A stretch of 64,000 nucleotides of DNA from a virus (Duplodnaviria > Caudoviricetes), in IMG/VR virus record IMGVR_UViG_3300035696_000004, positions 155,773-219,772 of that record; one strand, 5' to 3'. The translations under genes and the position numbers were made by a program. Of this stretch, positions 29,320 to 39,282 are shown piece after piece. The stretch's first letter is position 1; each line of letters starts with the position of its first letter. Under the pieces are notes generated by a model. It was not told the DNA's origin, did not search any database, and saw nothing but the letters and a program-made list of their open reading frames with translations.

Positions 29320-30417
29320 ATGTACAACATCTTCAATTTGATGCCTGGCGCATCGCTACCGGTTCTGTATGCTCAGAACTGGAACACCGTAAGCGCCGGA
29401 CTTAGGCGCAATATCGAAACCGTCACGAATTACTACCATGATAATCCGATGGCCGTACAAGGCGATCATTTTCTGGTGCGTTTACTTGGTACATTGGATA
29501 TTCCATTGGCGTTAAATATCTACAGGTTTTACGATTACCTCTCGTACTCCTCGTTGGATTTGTCAATGGCGTTGAAGATGACTTCCTCTATTTATAAAGG
29601 AAGTGTCTTTAATGGTGTCTTTTATGGACCCGGTACGACTGAGGTCTTAATCGCTCATAGCGAGGACTTTGATCCTGTTGATGCTGAGCGTAACTGGGAG
29701 ACCTTAAAGCCCATCAGGGTGCTGCGCCATCCTCGCAGTGACCTGATGATGAATATCTTGGACGGTTCCCATACAAGCCGAGAAACTGGGTTCGCTGTCA
29801 TCGCGATTAATATCCCGATGTTGGCTATTCAATTTCGAGCGTTCCTGAAGCGGGAAGAAGAGATTGCTGAAAAGACGGGGGACTCGACCTACTCTGTCCT
29901 TCACTATGTCCGAATGTATGCACTACCCAGCATGATTGAGAGTCATTTGGATTATGTGCTATTTAATAGGATCAACAACCTATTAAATGGTCGTGACAAT
30001 CACAGGAGCCTCAAGAAACATTCCTTTGTGATTCCCGACTACTCGGATCGACTGGATGCCATTCAAATGGTCATCTTGAGGAATCTGGCTCATGTCGGAA
30101 AGACCTTCACGGGTATTCTGAGAAATGTGCCTGCGCTGAGTCGCAAGGATATGGACCAAGTCATGCTCGTACCCGATATGGCTTTGACTCGGCAGGTTCT
30201 CTGGGCGTTGAGTGTATCTCGATTCCCTGCCATTGATTTCATGCTGACGGCATCCAGGGAACGCCCCGATACTCGAAATGGTCAAGAGATCAATCGTTTA
30301 CTCCAAGCGCTGCGCAATATCAAGACCAGTAATCTGATCACCTCTGTGCTTCCTAGCCAGATCAGTGATCTGCTTCAAGACGAGATGGACACCATTAGCC
30401 GAAAGCTCAGGTCATAA
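29320..30417 (+). CDS. Conserved phiKZ-like protein (possible virion protein)
   Basis: 365 aa from ATG 29320, convergent with DNA polymerase at a shared hairpin. Confidence 0.7.
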   Translation: MYNIFNLMPGASLPVLYAQNWNTVSAGLRRNIETVTNYYHDNPMAVQGDHFLVRLLGTLDIPLALNIYRFYDYLSYSSLDLSMALKMTSSIYKGSVFNGVFYGPGTTEVLIAHSEDFDPVDAERNWETLKPIRVLRHPRSDLMMNILDGSHTSRETGFAVIAINIPMLAIQFRAFLKREEEIAEKTGDSTYSVLHYVRMYALPSMIESHLDYVLFNRINNLLNGRDNHRSLKKHSFVIPDYSDRLDAIQMVILRNLAHVGKTFTGILRNVPALSRKDMDQVMLVPDMALTRQVLWALSVSRFPAIDFMLTASRERPDTRNGQEINRLLQALRNIKTSNLITSVLPSQISDLLQDEMDTISRKLRS

Positions 30418-30616
30418 CGCCCCGGGGCAAATGCCCCGGGGTCTATGCCGTCTAGTGGCCGTAATTGAAGCCGATGACGAATCGTTTGCCTGTCACTGTG
30501 TTCTCTACCTTTCGATCAATGAAACCGCAGCAGCCCTGCGCGAGGGCTCGACTGTACGCTTCCGAAGGCTTGTTATTTCCATCGAGTCTCGAGTTAAACG
30601 TGAACTCGCTCATGGG

Positions 30617-32755
30617 TCAATCCTCAAACATGTAGTCGTAATCGCTTACCAGACGTGTCAGCTTCTTGTTGTCCATGTAAACACCTAGTGACTCCAGGAT
30701 GATATAAAAAACCGAGCACGTGTCATGCACCAACTTACGAATACCGGCGGCTTCGAGGATCTCTTTTGGCATCCCTTTGCTCGAGACGATCTGGTCCGGA
30801 ACATACAGGGTACCAATGTAGTTTTTCTTGTTCCGTTCGATCCATTCGGTAAATCGTTTTGCTAAGTCACGGTCTTCCATATTGGCGATCCATTCCCGAG
30901 TCTTTGCGGAAGAGTTCACAATGGTGGTGACTTTACGACACGTGTACGGTGGAGGATCCACAAAACCATACTTCGGGCCAAATACATCGTTCCAAAGCGT
31001 GTAGTGTGCGTAATTGGATTCCGTCTCACCTTTAGTGTAGGCCTCAGCGGGTTTGATCTGAGCGCGACGTAAAAACGTCGTGCTGCCTTTTTCAATATCG
31101 GCAATCATAGCTCGCTCGGTCTCACAGATATGTTTCAGAATCGCTTTGATCTTGATCTTCTCACCATTGATGATTGACATCATTATATTTGACATCATTT
31201 TCTTCGCATCTTTGATGATCTCTACCGGAGCATTGGAAGACTTCAGATGCACACCTTTGATTTCCTCCTTGAACTTTCCGAACACATTCCCTTCTTGGCA
31301 ACTGATGAGTGCAAAGTAGTGCTTTGCGACTTGTGTCGTAACAAAGGCATCAAACTTGAACTCATTCTTCATGGCGATCTGATGCAGGCGCTTCTTCTCA
31401 ACACCGAAGTTAGCGGACATCTTTGCCAGGATGTGCGTGATGGTCTGCGATGCGAGCCAAATCATCGTAGCGGCAGTAGCCATACAGGGTTGATCAAAAC
31501 CAATTTGACCACGATGCCATTCTACCCAGTCCTGAACTGTGAAGATGGTCGAGTCTGTGTCAGAGGTCACTGCGCAACGACGTACACTGCGCGGAAACCA
31601 ACCGACAGAAGCGGGGACATTGTCTGTAACCCAGAACGCTCGGATGAAATCACTATACCCGCTGATGGTTCCCCAAGCATTTTCGACCGTGGCTGCAATC
31701 AGCTGTTCCGTCTCCGTCCCAACGATCTCCTTCTCTTCTTTACCTTTGGTCTCTTCGCAGCAAATCTGAACAGCCAGGATTTTGTAATCCTCATGGCGAC
31801 TCTTAATGACTTCGCTTGGCTTCTCAAATGTGCCCGTCCCTTTAGCCGTCAGTTTATCCAGGAAGGTTCTGACGAATTCAGGGTTAAAGACGCGCAGGAA
31901 GTACATGTCACCCACGTACACGAAAGCCGAGCGTTCGATATCGTTGAGTTTTCCGATATAGTTCTCAATCTTCTGCATCGCGACCCGGTTCCGCCAGTAC
32001 AGTTTGGCAGAGTACTTGATGCAGTCGACTGTTTCCTTTACCGAAGGTGCGCGGATACCGTACTTGATCATCACACGTTCGAGTTCAACCAGATCCGTTT
32101 GGGTAATGATGGACGTGATATTATTCGTAACGATCTCGGGCGACCAATAATGCCGGTTGCCGCAGAGGAACTTTTCGTTGTTCGCATTGCCATACCCTGA
32201 GGTAGACCGGCAATTTGATGTCAACGTGTTGTGGGCAGTCTTGTTGTACAACGGTGTCGATGGCGTGACGTGTCCACCAGAGATAGCATTGTTCCCGAGC
32301 TTCTTGTTGTTTTGCTCGTGATTCTTGATATCTTCCAGTTCCTTGTTCTTAGCCATCTTGGCAGCGAACATTTCTTTCTTTGCCTTTTTACGGGCAGCTA
32401 CGCCATCATCGATATACAAGCTTAGCAACGACTGTTTGACGGTGCAGTTCAGATACGTCGTCAGCGTCGGCGCAATCAGATCACCATTATTGATAGCACC
32501 TCGAATGTACCCCCAGAGCGTTCCTTCCTTGACTTCACGGTCCCCGTTCTCTTGGCGCTCCAAATACATGACATTCGGATCTTTGAAAGGGCGTTCGCCG
32601 GTAGGGGAAAGCAAATTCTTGATATGGTTCTGGCAATCCTCAAGAGGTCTGCCTGTCATTTTGTGCAAATACAGAGAACCTTGCTTGAGATAGTGGTTGA
32701 GGATACCAATATCTCGAGTATAGTCCTCTGATGCTAATACGAATGGGTTATCCAT
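30617..32755 (-). CDS. Family B DNA polymerase, polymerase-domain subunit (phiKZ gp50-like)
   Basis: Motif B KLGNNAISG, motif C SDTDS, KHY; no obvious exonuclease domain, consistent with the split polymerase of this group. Confidence 0.85.
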   Translation of the reverse strand: MDNPFVLASEDYTRDIGILNHYLKQGSLYLHKMTGRPLEDCQNHIKNLLSPTGERPFKDPNVMYLERQENGDREVKEGTLWGYIRGAINNGDLIAPTLTTYLNCTVKQSLLSLYIDDGVAARKKAKKEMFAAKMAKNKELEDIKNHEQNNKKLGNNAISGGHVTPSTPLYNKTAHNTLTSNCRSTSGYGNANNEKFLCGNRHYWSPEIVTNNITSIITQTDLVELERVMIKYGIRAPSVKETVDCIKYSAKLYWRNRVAMQKIENYIGKLNDIERSAFVYVGDMYFLRVFNPEFVRTFLDKLTAKGTGTFEKPSEVIKSRHEDYKILAVQICCEETKGKEEKEIVGTETEQLIAATVENAWGTISGYSDFIRAFWVTDNVPASVGWFPRSVRRCAVTSDTDSTIFTVQDWVEWHRGQIGFDQPCMATAATMIWLASQTITHILAKMSANFGVEKKRLHQIAMKNEFKFDAFVTTQVAKHYFALISCQEGNVFGKFKEEIKGVHLKSSNAPVEIIKDAKKMMSNIMMSIINGEKIKIKAILKHICETERAMIADIEKGSTTFLRRAQIKPAEAYTKGETESNYAHYTLWNDVFGPKYGFVDPPPYTCRKVTTIVNSSAKTREWIANMEDRDLAKRFTEWIERNKKNYIGTLYVPDQIVSSKGMPKEILEAAGIRKLVHDTCSVFYIILESLGVYMDNKKLTRLVSDYDYMFED

Positions 32756-32860
32756 TTTCTGTCCCCTTTATGCACAACATGAGTCAGCAATATAAAAAAT
32801 TAAATGAGGGCATAAAAAGCGAGGCGTTAGCCTCGCTCAAATAAAGAAAAAAAGAATAAG

Positions 32861-33232
32861 AAAAAATAGGAGAGACCCGAAGGTCTCTCCCGTAACTTCC
32901 AGCGAACCCCATCACTAAGTTGAAACAGCCAGGCAGAGATCAACCAAGGAACTCACGAAAGGGGGGAACGTGAGCCAGTATCGTCCGGTGCGTGACGGAC
33001 AACTGTTTAATCCCGATTAGACCTCAAAGTCCGCCGCTAAACAAGGTATGGAAAACAGCGCACCAACCTGGCGTTCAACAAAACAACTCCTTGGTTCCCA
33101 CCAAAGTTCACACTAACCTTCCGCGATGACTCAGCGTACCAATCAGTGTAAGGACCGTTGCGTGCCCTTCCTCAAACAATTAGACAGAATGATAAAAAAT
33201 CACCCGCCTAATCTACTCTCCACACAGTATAT
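32861..33232 (-). ncRNA. Candidate structured non-coding RNA with terminator
   Basis: ORF-free gap with three long-range helices (two crossing), local hairpins and a UUCG terminator at 32869-32890. Confidence 0.45.
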
Positions 33233-33637
33233 CTAACTCGATACCGTGAGTGTGACGGAAGTGAAGCCGTTTGCACTCAAAGCGTTCTTGATATCGGTCA
33301 GCTGATCCGGTGTGACATTCCCGATGACAGCCGTGATGGTCTTCATCGAGTAAACCACAATCGATGAAGCATTGACCCATGGCACGCCTAGATATTCGAT
33401 GTTTCCATTGGCGTGTTTGATCTTCAGCCAGTTGTACTGGGTCGGATCGTCGGGTGTACCAGAAGGCAGATACGGATACATCCGGGTGTGTTCGGCGTAG
33501 GTGTCCGTAAAGAGATTGGCGGTCGCCTGGTCAAAGACGGCCATGACGGTAACGCCGGTGTAGTCTGTGCCGAGTAAGGTGGAAGGGTATACGCCAAACG
33601 TATACGCGGTTCCTACCTGAAAATCATACGCTGCCAT
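33233..33637 (-). CDS. Conserved phiKZ-like hypothetical protein
   Basis: 134 aa, SD aggag. Confidence 0.7.
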   Translation of the reverse strand: MAAYDFQVGTAYTFGVYPSTLLGTDYTGVTVMAVFDQATANLFTDTYAEHTRMYPYLPSGTPDDPTQYNWLKIKHANGNIEYLGVPWVNASSIVVYSMKTITAVIGNVTPDQLTDIKNALSANGFTSVTLTVSS

Positions 33638-33670
33638 GGCGGCTCCTGTATTGAATGTATGTTTCTAAAT

Positions 33671-34033
33671 CTACGCGAGTGACCTCACGACGATATCACC
33701 CCCCTCGAGAAGCTCATGAAAAGCAAACATCAACGAGGGTTCGCCGTCTTCATCAATCGAAAATGCGTTGAGGTCATTCAAATGGTCATATAAATTCAGG
33801 GCGACGCTTTGTGCGCTCGCTACCATTTGGGCGACTTCTTCATCAGGTGCCGGATTCAAGATGAGTTTGTCAAAATTCGGAAACTGATCTAAAATGACGT
33901 CCTTGAAGTTGTTCAAATGGAAAACCATCAAATCAAAAATCTGCATGATGATCTCGACGACGTCGTCGTCCGTCAGACATTGGCAATCACACAGAATCTC
34001 CACGGCTTCTTTACTGTCTAAAATGAGGAGCAC
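33671..34033 (-). CDS. Hypothetical acidic protein
   Basis: 120 aa in an overlapping operon downstream of phuZ. Confidence 0.6.
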   Translation of the reverse strand: MLLILDSKEAVEILCDCQCLTDDDVVEIIMQIFDLMVFHLNNFKDVILDQFPNFDKLILNPAPDEEVAQMVASAQSVALNLYDHLNDLNAFSIDEDGEPSLMFAFHELLEGGDIVVRSLA

Positions 34034-34485
34034 GATACATTCCTTAATCGATTGTGAGGAATCCTCGACAACACAATGATTTCGTCGTTATGGAAGTAAT
34101 AGAGGTACGGAAAGTATTTATCGTTTCTCACATGAGTGAGGGGGTCGTCGTAGCCCCGTATTGTTTTTATCGTGTACGCTAATTCTTCCATCCCTTTAAT
34201 GATCTCGTCGTAAAACGAATCAAAGATTTTATTCAACGCCTCACTGTTGAATAAACTAGGGTCACGTACTTTGTATTTCAATGTATCAACTGCCAACCCT
34301 ACCGCCGCTTTGAGGGATGCGGTGTGGTCTTCAAACACGATGGCTGAAACAAACTGGTCGAGGAGAGCAGCTTGATCAAACGAGTGATAACGACTGAGGT
34401 GTCGAAATACCCACATAAGGCCCGCCGGCATATCGAAAACGATATGCTTGGGCGGGAATTTACGGTCGGATTCGAGTACTGGCAT
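34018..34485 (-). CDS. Hypothetical protein
   Basis: 155 aa, overlapping neighbours. Confidence 0.6.
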   Translation of the reverse strand: MPVLESDRKFPPKHIVFDMPAGLMWVFRHLSRYHSFDQAALLDQFVSAIVFEDHTASLKAAVGLAVDTLKYKVRDPSLFNSEALNKIFDSFYDEIIKGMEELAYTIKTIRGYDDPLTHVRNDKYFPYLYYFHNDEIIVLSRIPHNRLRNVSCSSF

Positions 34486-34894
34486 GGATAATCAAACTCG
34501 TGTCTAGCCATTCCACATAATGCGGATCAATGAAGAATGGCTTTGTGTTGAACAATTGGTCCATCATTGATTTCACGTGGGATTCAATCTCGGTTACAGC
34601 ATGCTCGACATTCGAGAGTTCAGAGAGCGCATAAGCTTGTTCTGCGGCGGTCACCTCTTCAAAATCGTATTGAGAATCGCAATATCGTTCTACGACTTCT
34701 TGCATGACAAGAGACCGCACCTCGAGTCCAGTGAAGTGCGTCTCTTCTATTTTTATCTTGGCCCAGTCTCGTGATTGAGAATGGACCGACCACTGAATGA
34801 CATCACGAATTCCGTCGTCCAGGAACGCAAGCAAACGCTGCGAACCTGAGCAGGCTTTTATGATGTCATCTGTGGGAAGAATGATTCGGGGCAT
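34460..34894 (-). CDS. Hypothetical protein
   Basis: 144 aa, overlapping neighbours. Confidence 0.6.
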   Translation of the reverse strand: MPRIILPTDDIIKACSGSQRLLAFLDDGIRDVIQWSVHSQSRDWAKIKIEETHFTGLEVRSLVMQEVVERYCDSQYDFEEVTAAEQAYALSELSNVEHAVTEIESHVKSMMDQLFNTKPFFIDPHYVEWLDTSLIIHASTRIRP

Positions 34895-35267
34895 CTGGAA
34901 ACTCCACCGTAATCACCAGATCAAAGACATTCTCGATCGCAGCTGCCTTGATCATCGGGTCATTGAATCGGATCCCTGGGATGAGATACGCGATGTTTTC
35001 AATCAAGATCCCATAGGCGTTATGCACGCTATCGTGCGCGTCCTCAGGAGGGAAACCATGCGATTCAAGAATCGATTTAGACTCTTCCAGAAACACCCGG
35101 GTACCTTCTGAGCCCAATGTCTTCTGGAATATGTCGTTAACAATAGCCTGAACGACAGACTGGACCGGGTCATGATCGGCGAATTCGGGATCTGACGAAA
35201 TCGTTTTCGCCCGTTCATTGATCACATTGAAGATTTCTGAGCACGAGATGACAAACTGTGTTTTCAT
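34866..35267 (-). CDS. Hypothetical protein
   Basis: ATG 35267 overlaps the upstream TGA (ATGA), SD aggaga. Confidence 0.6.
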   Translation of the reverse strand: MKTQFVISCSEIFNVINERAKTISSDPEFADHDPVQSVVQAIVNDIFQKTLGSEGTRVFLEESKSILESHGFPPEDAHDSVHNAYGILIENIAYLIPGIRFNDPMIKAAAIENVFDLVITVEFPDAPNHSSHR

Positions 35268-35992
35268 GCTTTCCATTCTCCTGACGCCATACGGCGTTCC
35301 CAATCGTTGATCCGATAGTCGCGGTGCCGCTCTAAATAGAGAGTACCGTTATCCATTCGGAACTGATGGACGATCCAGTGGTTTTTGCCGAGGGTATCCA
35401 AAATTTCTTTTTGTACGCCACTCATCGCATACGTGATGTGCTCGAGTAGCTGATGGCGTTCTTCCACGAGATCCGGACAAATGCGTTCTTCTTCCGGGAC
35501 CGATCGTTGGCTGGCGTAGGATAGCGCCACCACAGGTTCGAGGATCAATGACTGATCCGGATAGACAACCTGGATAGGGTACAGGAAGTCATTGATCGCG
35601 TTGTCATGCGCATGGCAGCAGAATCGAGGTTTCTTAATCCATGCTGCATGGGAATTCAACATCACCTTCACGCAGGCAGCGATGATCTCGATTCCTCGAA
35701 TCGGTCGGGTAGGGGTGTCCAGTAATTTCTTGGTTTTCGCAAGCGGTAAGATGATTTCACCGTATTCATTACGGACATCCGCAATGATCTTGCTTTTGTC
35801 GTTGATGAACCCCGCTACACCGTTTTGGTAGTAGATCGTGTTCTTCCGGATAACGGGCTCGGTACGCCCCGGAAGAAACAACCCGCAAGCCAGGTTGAGG
35901 CAATCCAGAGGAAGCAACCAACGATCTGCGACGAGTTCGATTTCACTGGCTTCTTCGTCGATGGCAAAGGAAAAGATTTTCTCGGGTGTCAT
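35264..35992 (-). CDS. Conserved hypothetical protein
   Basis: 242 aa from ATG 35992, 20 nt after the upstream stop. Confidence 0.65.
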   Translation of the reverse strand: MTPEKIFSFAIDEEASEIELVADRWLLPLDCLNLACGLFLPGRTEPVIRKNTIYYQNGVAGFINDKSKIIADVRNEYGEIILPLAKTKKLLDTPTRPIRGIEIIAACVKVMLNSHAAWIKKPRFCCHAHDNAINDFLYPIQVVYPDQSLILEPVVALSYASQRSVPEEERICPDLVEERHQLLEHITYAMSGVQKEILDTLGKNHWIVHQFRMDNGTLYLERHRDYRINDWERRMASGEWKA

Positions 35993-36011
35993 TTCTTGAT
36001 GCCTTGTTGGG

Positions 36012-36461
36012 TTATGCGTAATAGTACCAGATATACAGATCCATCCCTTCGAGCGAGACTCGATTAGGTTTGGCGTTGTTATACACTTTCGGGACTTCAA
36101 CAAATCCAGACACCAACCGACTCAGACTCAGACAGGTACATCGATTCTGGACTCGGTCGTAAACTTCCATCAGGGCATTCGTGACGGGGAGTTGGTTATC
36201 CGATACGAACAAATGGATCCGTTCGAGTTCTCGTTGAATGATCCATTCCACTATGTCGTCGATGTGGTAGTCCGAGTTGAAATAGATCCAATTCTCATCT
36301 CGTTCTATCTGGTCAACCAACGCCACTTTCAGTTCACTGACGTCCTGAATAAACAGCGCGCGCGTTCTAGCGATCGAATCCCAAGAATCACTCAGCTGTG
36401 GCAGGACGATACGATCGCCTTGTACAGAGCGATTACGCCATCCTGCTGGGCGGTTATGCAT
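36012..36461 (-). CDS. Hypothetical protein
   Basis: 149 aa, SD aagggga. Confidence 0.6.
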   Translation of the reverse strand: MHNRPAGWRNRSVQGDRIVLPQLSDSWDSIARTRALFIQDVSELKVALVDQIERDENWIYFNSDYHIDDIVEWIIQRELERIHLFVSDNQLPVTNALMEVYDRVQNRCTCLSLSRLVSGFVEVPKVYNNAKPNRVSLEGMDLYIWYYYA

Positions 36462-36540
36462 ACATTATCCCCCTTTAGACACACTATTACGCGCTGCCGT
36501 ATAAAACCAAGAGCTCACACCGAGAAAAAGAATAAAGCGA

Positions 36541-36570
36541 CATAGAGGGAGACCCGAAGGTCTCCCTCTT
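36541..36570 (-). terminator. Hairpin terminator after phuZ
   Basis: gagggagacc-UUCG-ggtctccctc followed by tatg. Confidence 0.7.
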
Positions 36571-36579
36571 CAACGACGG

Positions 36580-37584
36580 TTAGTCAAAGACAATACCGCT
36601 GCTACCCACGACATCGCTGGAGTCGAGGATCTTCGCCGGCGCCAAGCGAGCCTGGCGATTTTCTTCCAGTTCGTCGATCGTCTTGGTGAGGCGGTCGATC
36701 GCCGGAGCGATCACACCATCAGACAGCACGAAATGGATCGGCCATTCCGATACTTCGCGATCGATGTTGTCCGGGAAGCCCGTGAACTGGATGTCCACCA
36801 TTTCCGGATACGCTGCGTTCTCGCGATCGTTCGTCAGCGTTGCCAGCGACACGACCTGGCCGATGTTGGTCGGGTAGTCAGTGCTGCCTTCCACGATCGA
36901 CAGCGCGGTCAGCATCGGAGCACCATCGACCGTCGTCGGACGGAGCCACTTGTAGAGGTCTTTCGAATCCATACGGCGGTTTTCACCACTGTAGAGGATC
37001 GACAGGACCGTCACGAGTTGCTCGATCTTTTCGTTGATCTTGGCTTCCGAGACGAGACGCGAATTTTCAGCGTAGAACACCGCCAGCGAATGCTTCGTCA
37101 CCGCCACGTTACCCATGAAGCTCTTGAGGGTAGCGCGACTGTTGCGAGCGAACTTGCGAGTGGCGGCATCGCCGACCGCGACCACGATCACGTTGTGGTC
37201 CTTCTGGAGGAGTTCTGCGATGAGTTCCGGAGCCAGGCCCGATCCCGTACCGCCGGAGGCCGAGGTGATGATGATGTTCAGGTCACTCGGACGATGCTTT
37301 TGCAGGATCTCCTTGATACGAGCTTGGTATTCCGGATGGTTCTCGGCACGTTCCTGACCGGAGCCGTCAAGTTCCGGGAAGAGGTACAGCTTCGCCGGGT
37401 CGATGTTGGACGGCAGGTCGCTGTCGGACGTATCGATGAACGTCGTCAGAATGTTGGCAAAACCGGGGGCTTGTTTGCCGGCGTACTGATCGAGAGCAGC
37501 CGTGATCGCCACGCCAGTGCCGCCAGCACCGTAGATGCGAATGGTGTTTTTCTTACGCGTGATTTGAGCGACTTGATCGTTCAT
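36580..37584 (-). CDS. phuZ: Phage tubulin PhuZ
   Basis: YGAGGTG, IDTS, GSGQER and tubulin signature GGTGSG; acidic C-terminal tail. Confidence 0.92.
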   Translation of the reverse strand: MNDQVAQITRKKNTIRIYGAGGTGVAITAALDQYAGKQAPGFANILTTFIDTSDSDLPSNIDPAKLYLFPELDGSGQERAENHPEYQARIKEILQKHRPSDLNIIITSASGGTGSGLAPELIAELLQKDHNVIVVAVGDAATRKFARNSRATLKSFMGNVAVTKHSLAVFYAENSRLVSEAKINEKIEQLVTVLSILYSGENRRMDSKDLYKWLRPTTVDGAPMLTALSIVEGSTDYPTNIGQVVSLATLTNDRENAAYPEMVDIQFTGFPDNIDREVSEWPIHFVLSDGVIAPAIDRLTKTIDELEENRQARLAPAKILDSSDVVGSSGIVFD

Positions 37585-37823
37585 GTCTTCTTTCCTTGTT
37601 TAAGTGTACGACTTTATTAAAGCGTGTATGTCTGAAGTACCCGCCTTTATGTAGGGGTATACCATTGGAGTATATTGTTAAAAAACTCCTTACCTGAGCA
37701 TATCACTCAGTTTCTTTGCGTCATCCTTCCCCTTTTTTTTATTCCCGTTTAAACGCAATTAGGTAGACTAACTATGAGGCCCCGTAACCGTAAGGTCAGC
37801 CAGCTTCAATGTCTTGACAGTTT

Positions 37824-37849
37824 GGTAATATGTGTTTGAAATATTCTAG
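37824..37849 (-). promoter_or_regulatory. Putative phage early promoter (phuZ)
   Basis: Gene strand ctagaatatttcaaacacatattacc, ~240 nt upstream of phuZ. Confidence 0.65.
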
Positions 37850-37881
37850 AAGTCTCACTCTATCTATACAGGGAGTCCAGC

Positions 37882-38685
37882 ATGAACCCGATTACTCATG
37901 CTATCGATGCACTCGCTTTCAAGATTCCACCCAGGGTTCTCGCCGCGGCATTCGCTACCAAACCCTCTCGCTGGGATCCTGCCCCACTGAGTATCGATGA
38001 AAACATCCTCGCCAATGTCGTACGGCCTCGTGTCCTCATCGATTGCAGTCTCGTAGGGGGTACAGAAGCCTTTGTGTCTCTGAATGGCGTACCGAAAGAA
38101 TACGTCAACGAGTACAGCACGGTTTACCGTATCCCAAAGGATCGTACCCAAGGGCGTTCGATCATGAGCGTCCTGAACATCACCTTTACGGATCCGACCA
38201 AAGTCTCCAACTATGGCATGCAAGCTGGCTTTCAAGCCTCCACTCTGCTCCAAGCAGGCAAAGCCATTATGGATGCTCAAGGGTCGATTCCGATCACCTC
38301 GTCCGCTCGTGTGCAACTCCTCGGTGAAAACGTCGTCCTCCTGCGTGATACCCTCACGCTTCCGGATGATATCTTCCTGAGGTGTATCTTGGCAGATGAT
38401 TCCAATCTGTCACACATCCAGCTACGCAGCTTTCCGGCCTTTGCAAAGCTCGTTGAGTTTGCTGTCAAAGCCTACATCTACAACTCCATGATCGTTGAAA
38501 TGGACATGGGGATGTTGATTGGGGGTCAGAACTTAGGAGAGTTCAAGAACATCGTCGATAAATACGAGGATGCTGAAACGAACTATCAAGAGTACATGGC
38601 CGAGCACTGGACCAAGATCGCAAAGATGAATGACAACGAATCGTTTACGCGATTGCTGCGTCTTCAAATGGGTAGTTTCCGATGA
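37882..38685 (+). CDS. Conserved phiKZ-like (probable virion) protein
   Basis: 267 aa, SD gggag, hairpin downstream. Confidence 0.7.
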   Translation: MNPITHAIDALAFKIPPRVLAAAFATKPSRWDPAPLSIDENILANVVRPRVLIDCSLVGGTEAFVSLNGVPKEYVNEYSTVYRIPKDRTQGRSIMSVLNITFTDPTKVSNYGMQAGFQASTLLQAGKAIMDAQGSIPITSSARVQLLGENVVLLRDTLTLPDDIFLRCILADDSNLSHIQLRSFPAFAKLVEFAVKAYIYNSMIVEMDMGMLIGGQNLGEFKNIVDKYEDAETNYQEYMAEHWTKIAKMNDNESFTRLLRLQMGSFR

Positions 38686-39282
38686 TTCCTGGGAGAGGCC
38701 TTCGCAGGCCTCTCCTTATGCTGCCATTCTCAAATACCGTCATAAAGGCCTAGGCGGTAGCCTAGGCTAGAGTAAGTTATTTTTTATTTTATAATTTATA
38801 TTTGTATGACATTCAGCAGTATCTTACTCTAATAAAGGCAATGAGAGGGGGCCTCCCGGCCCCCCAGACTAGATTGGGTTTTAGTTAGCCAGTCCTCCTC
38901 GTCACTCCTTCCGTTCCACTCCAGTCGTTCCTCGTCGTCCTTTTTATTTATGCAAATTATTTTACATATCATGTAAAAAAATAACAGGGTAAACTTTCTG
39001 AGTGGTTCAGGTAGACTAGGAGTGACGTAGTCGTCTCCTATGTCTCCTAATCAAAGATATCTTTACCAGCGGCCTTCAAAGCCGCTGCAATGTCCTTTTA
39101 TGACCTCATATTTCGGTTTTATGTTCCTGAGAGAATTAGATAGGAATAGATAATCTATTTGATTGATATGAAAACAGTGTAGTTAACAGTGTGAATTGGG
39201 CGCGAGCCCTCCCCCACCGCGATCCCCGGCCGCCCGGCGAGGCGCGGGTCCAGGGGGCGCACCCCACGCCAGGAGCCTGAGC

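Noticed and set aside
33130-33180. gaggaaggg start resembling RNase P RNA
   Set aside because: The other universally conserved RNase P blocks are absent.
39196-39282. TTG-start N-terminal extension of the 39283 gene (and track extensions at 274, 2641, 22828, 36103, 40384, 56482)
   Set aside because: No SD, or overlap with promoters, hairpins or neighbouring genes; downstream starts have good SD sites or tighter gene packing.
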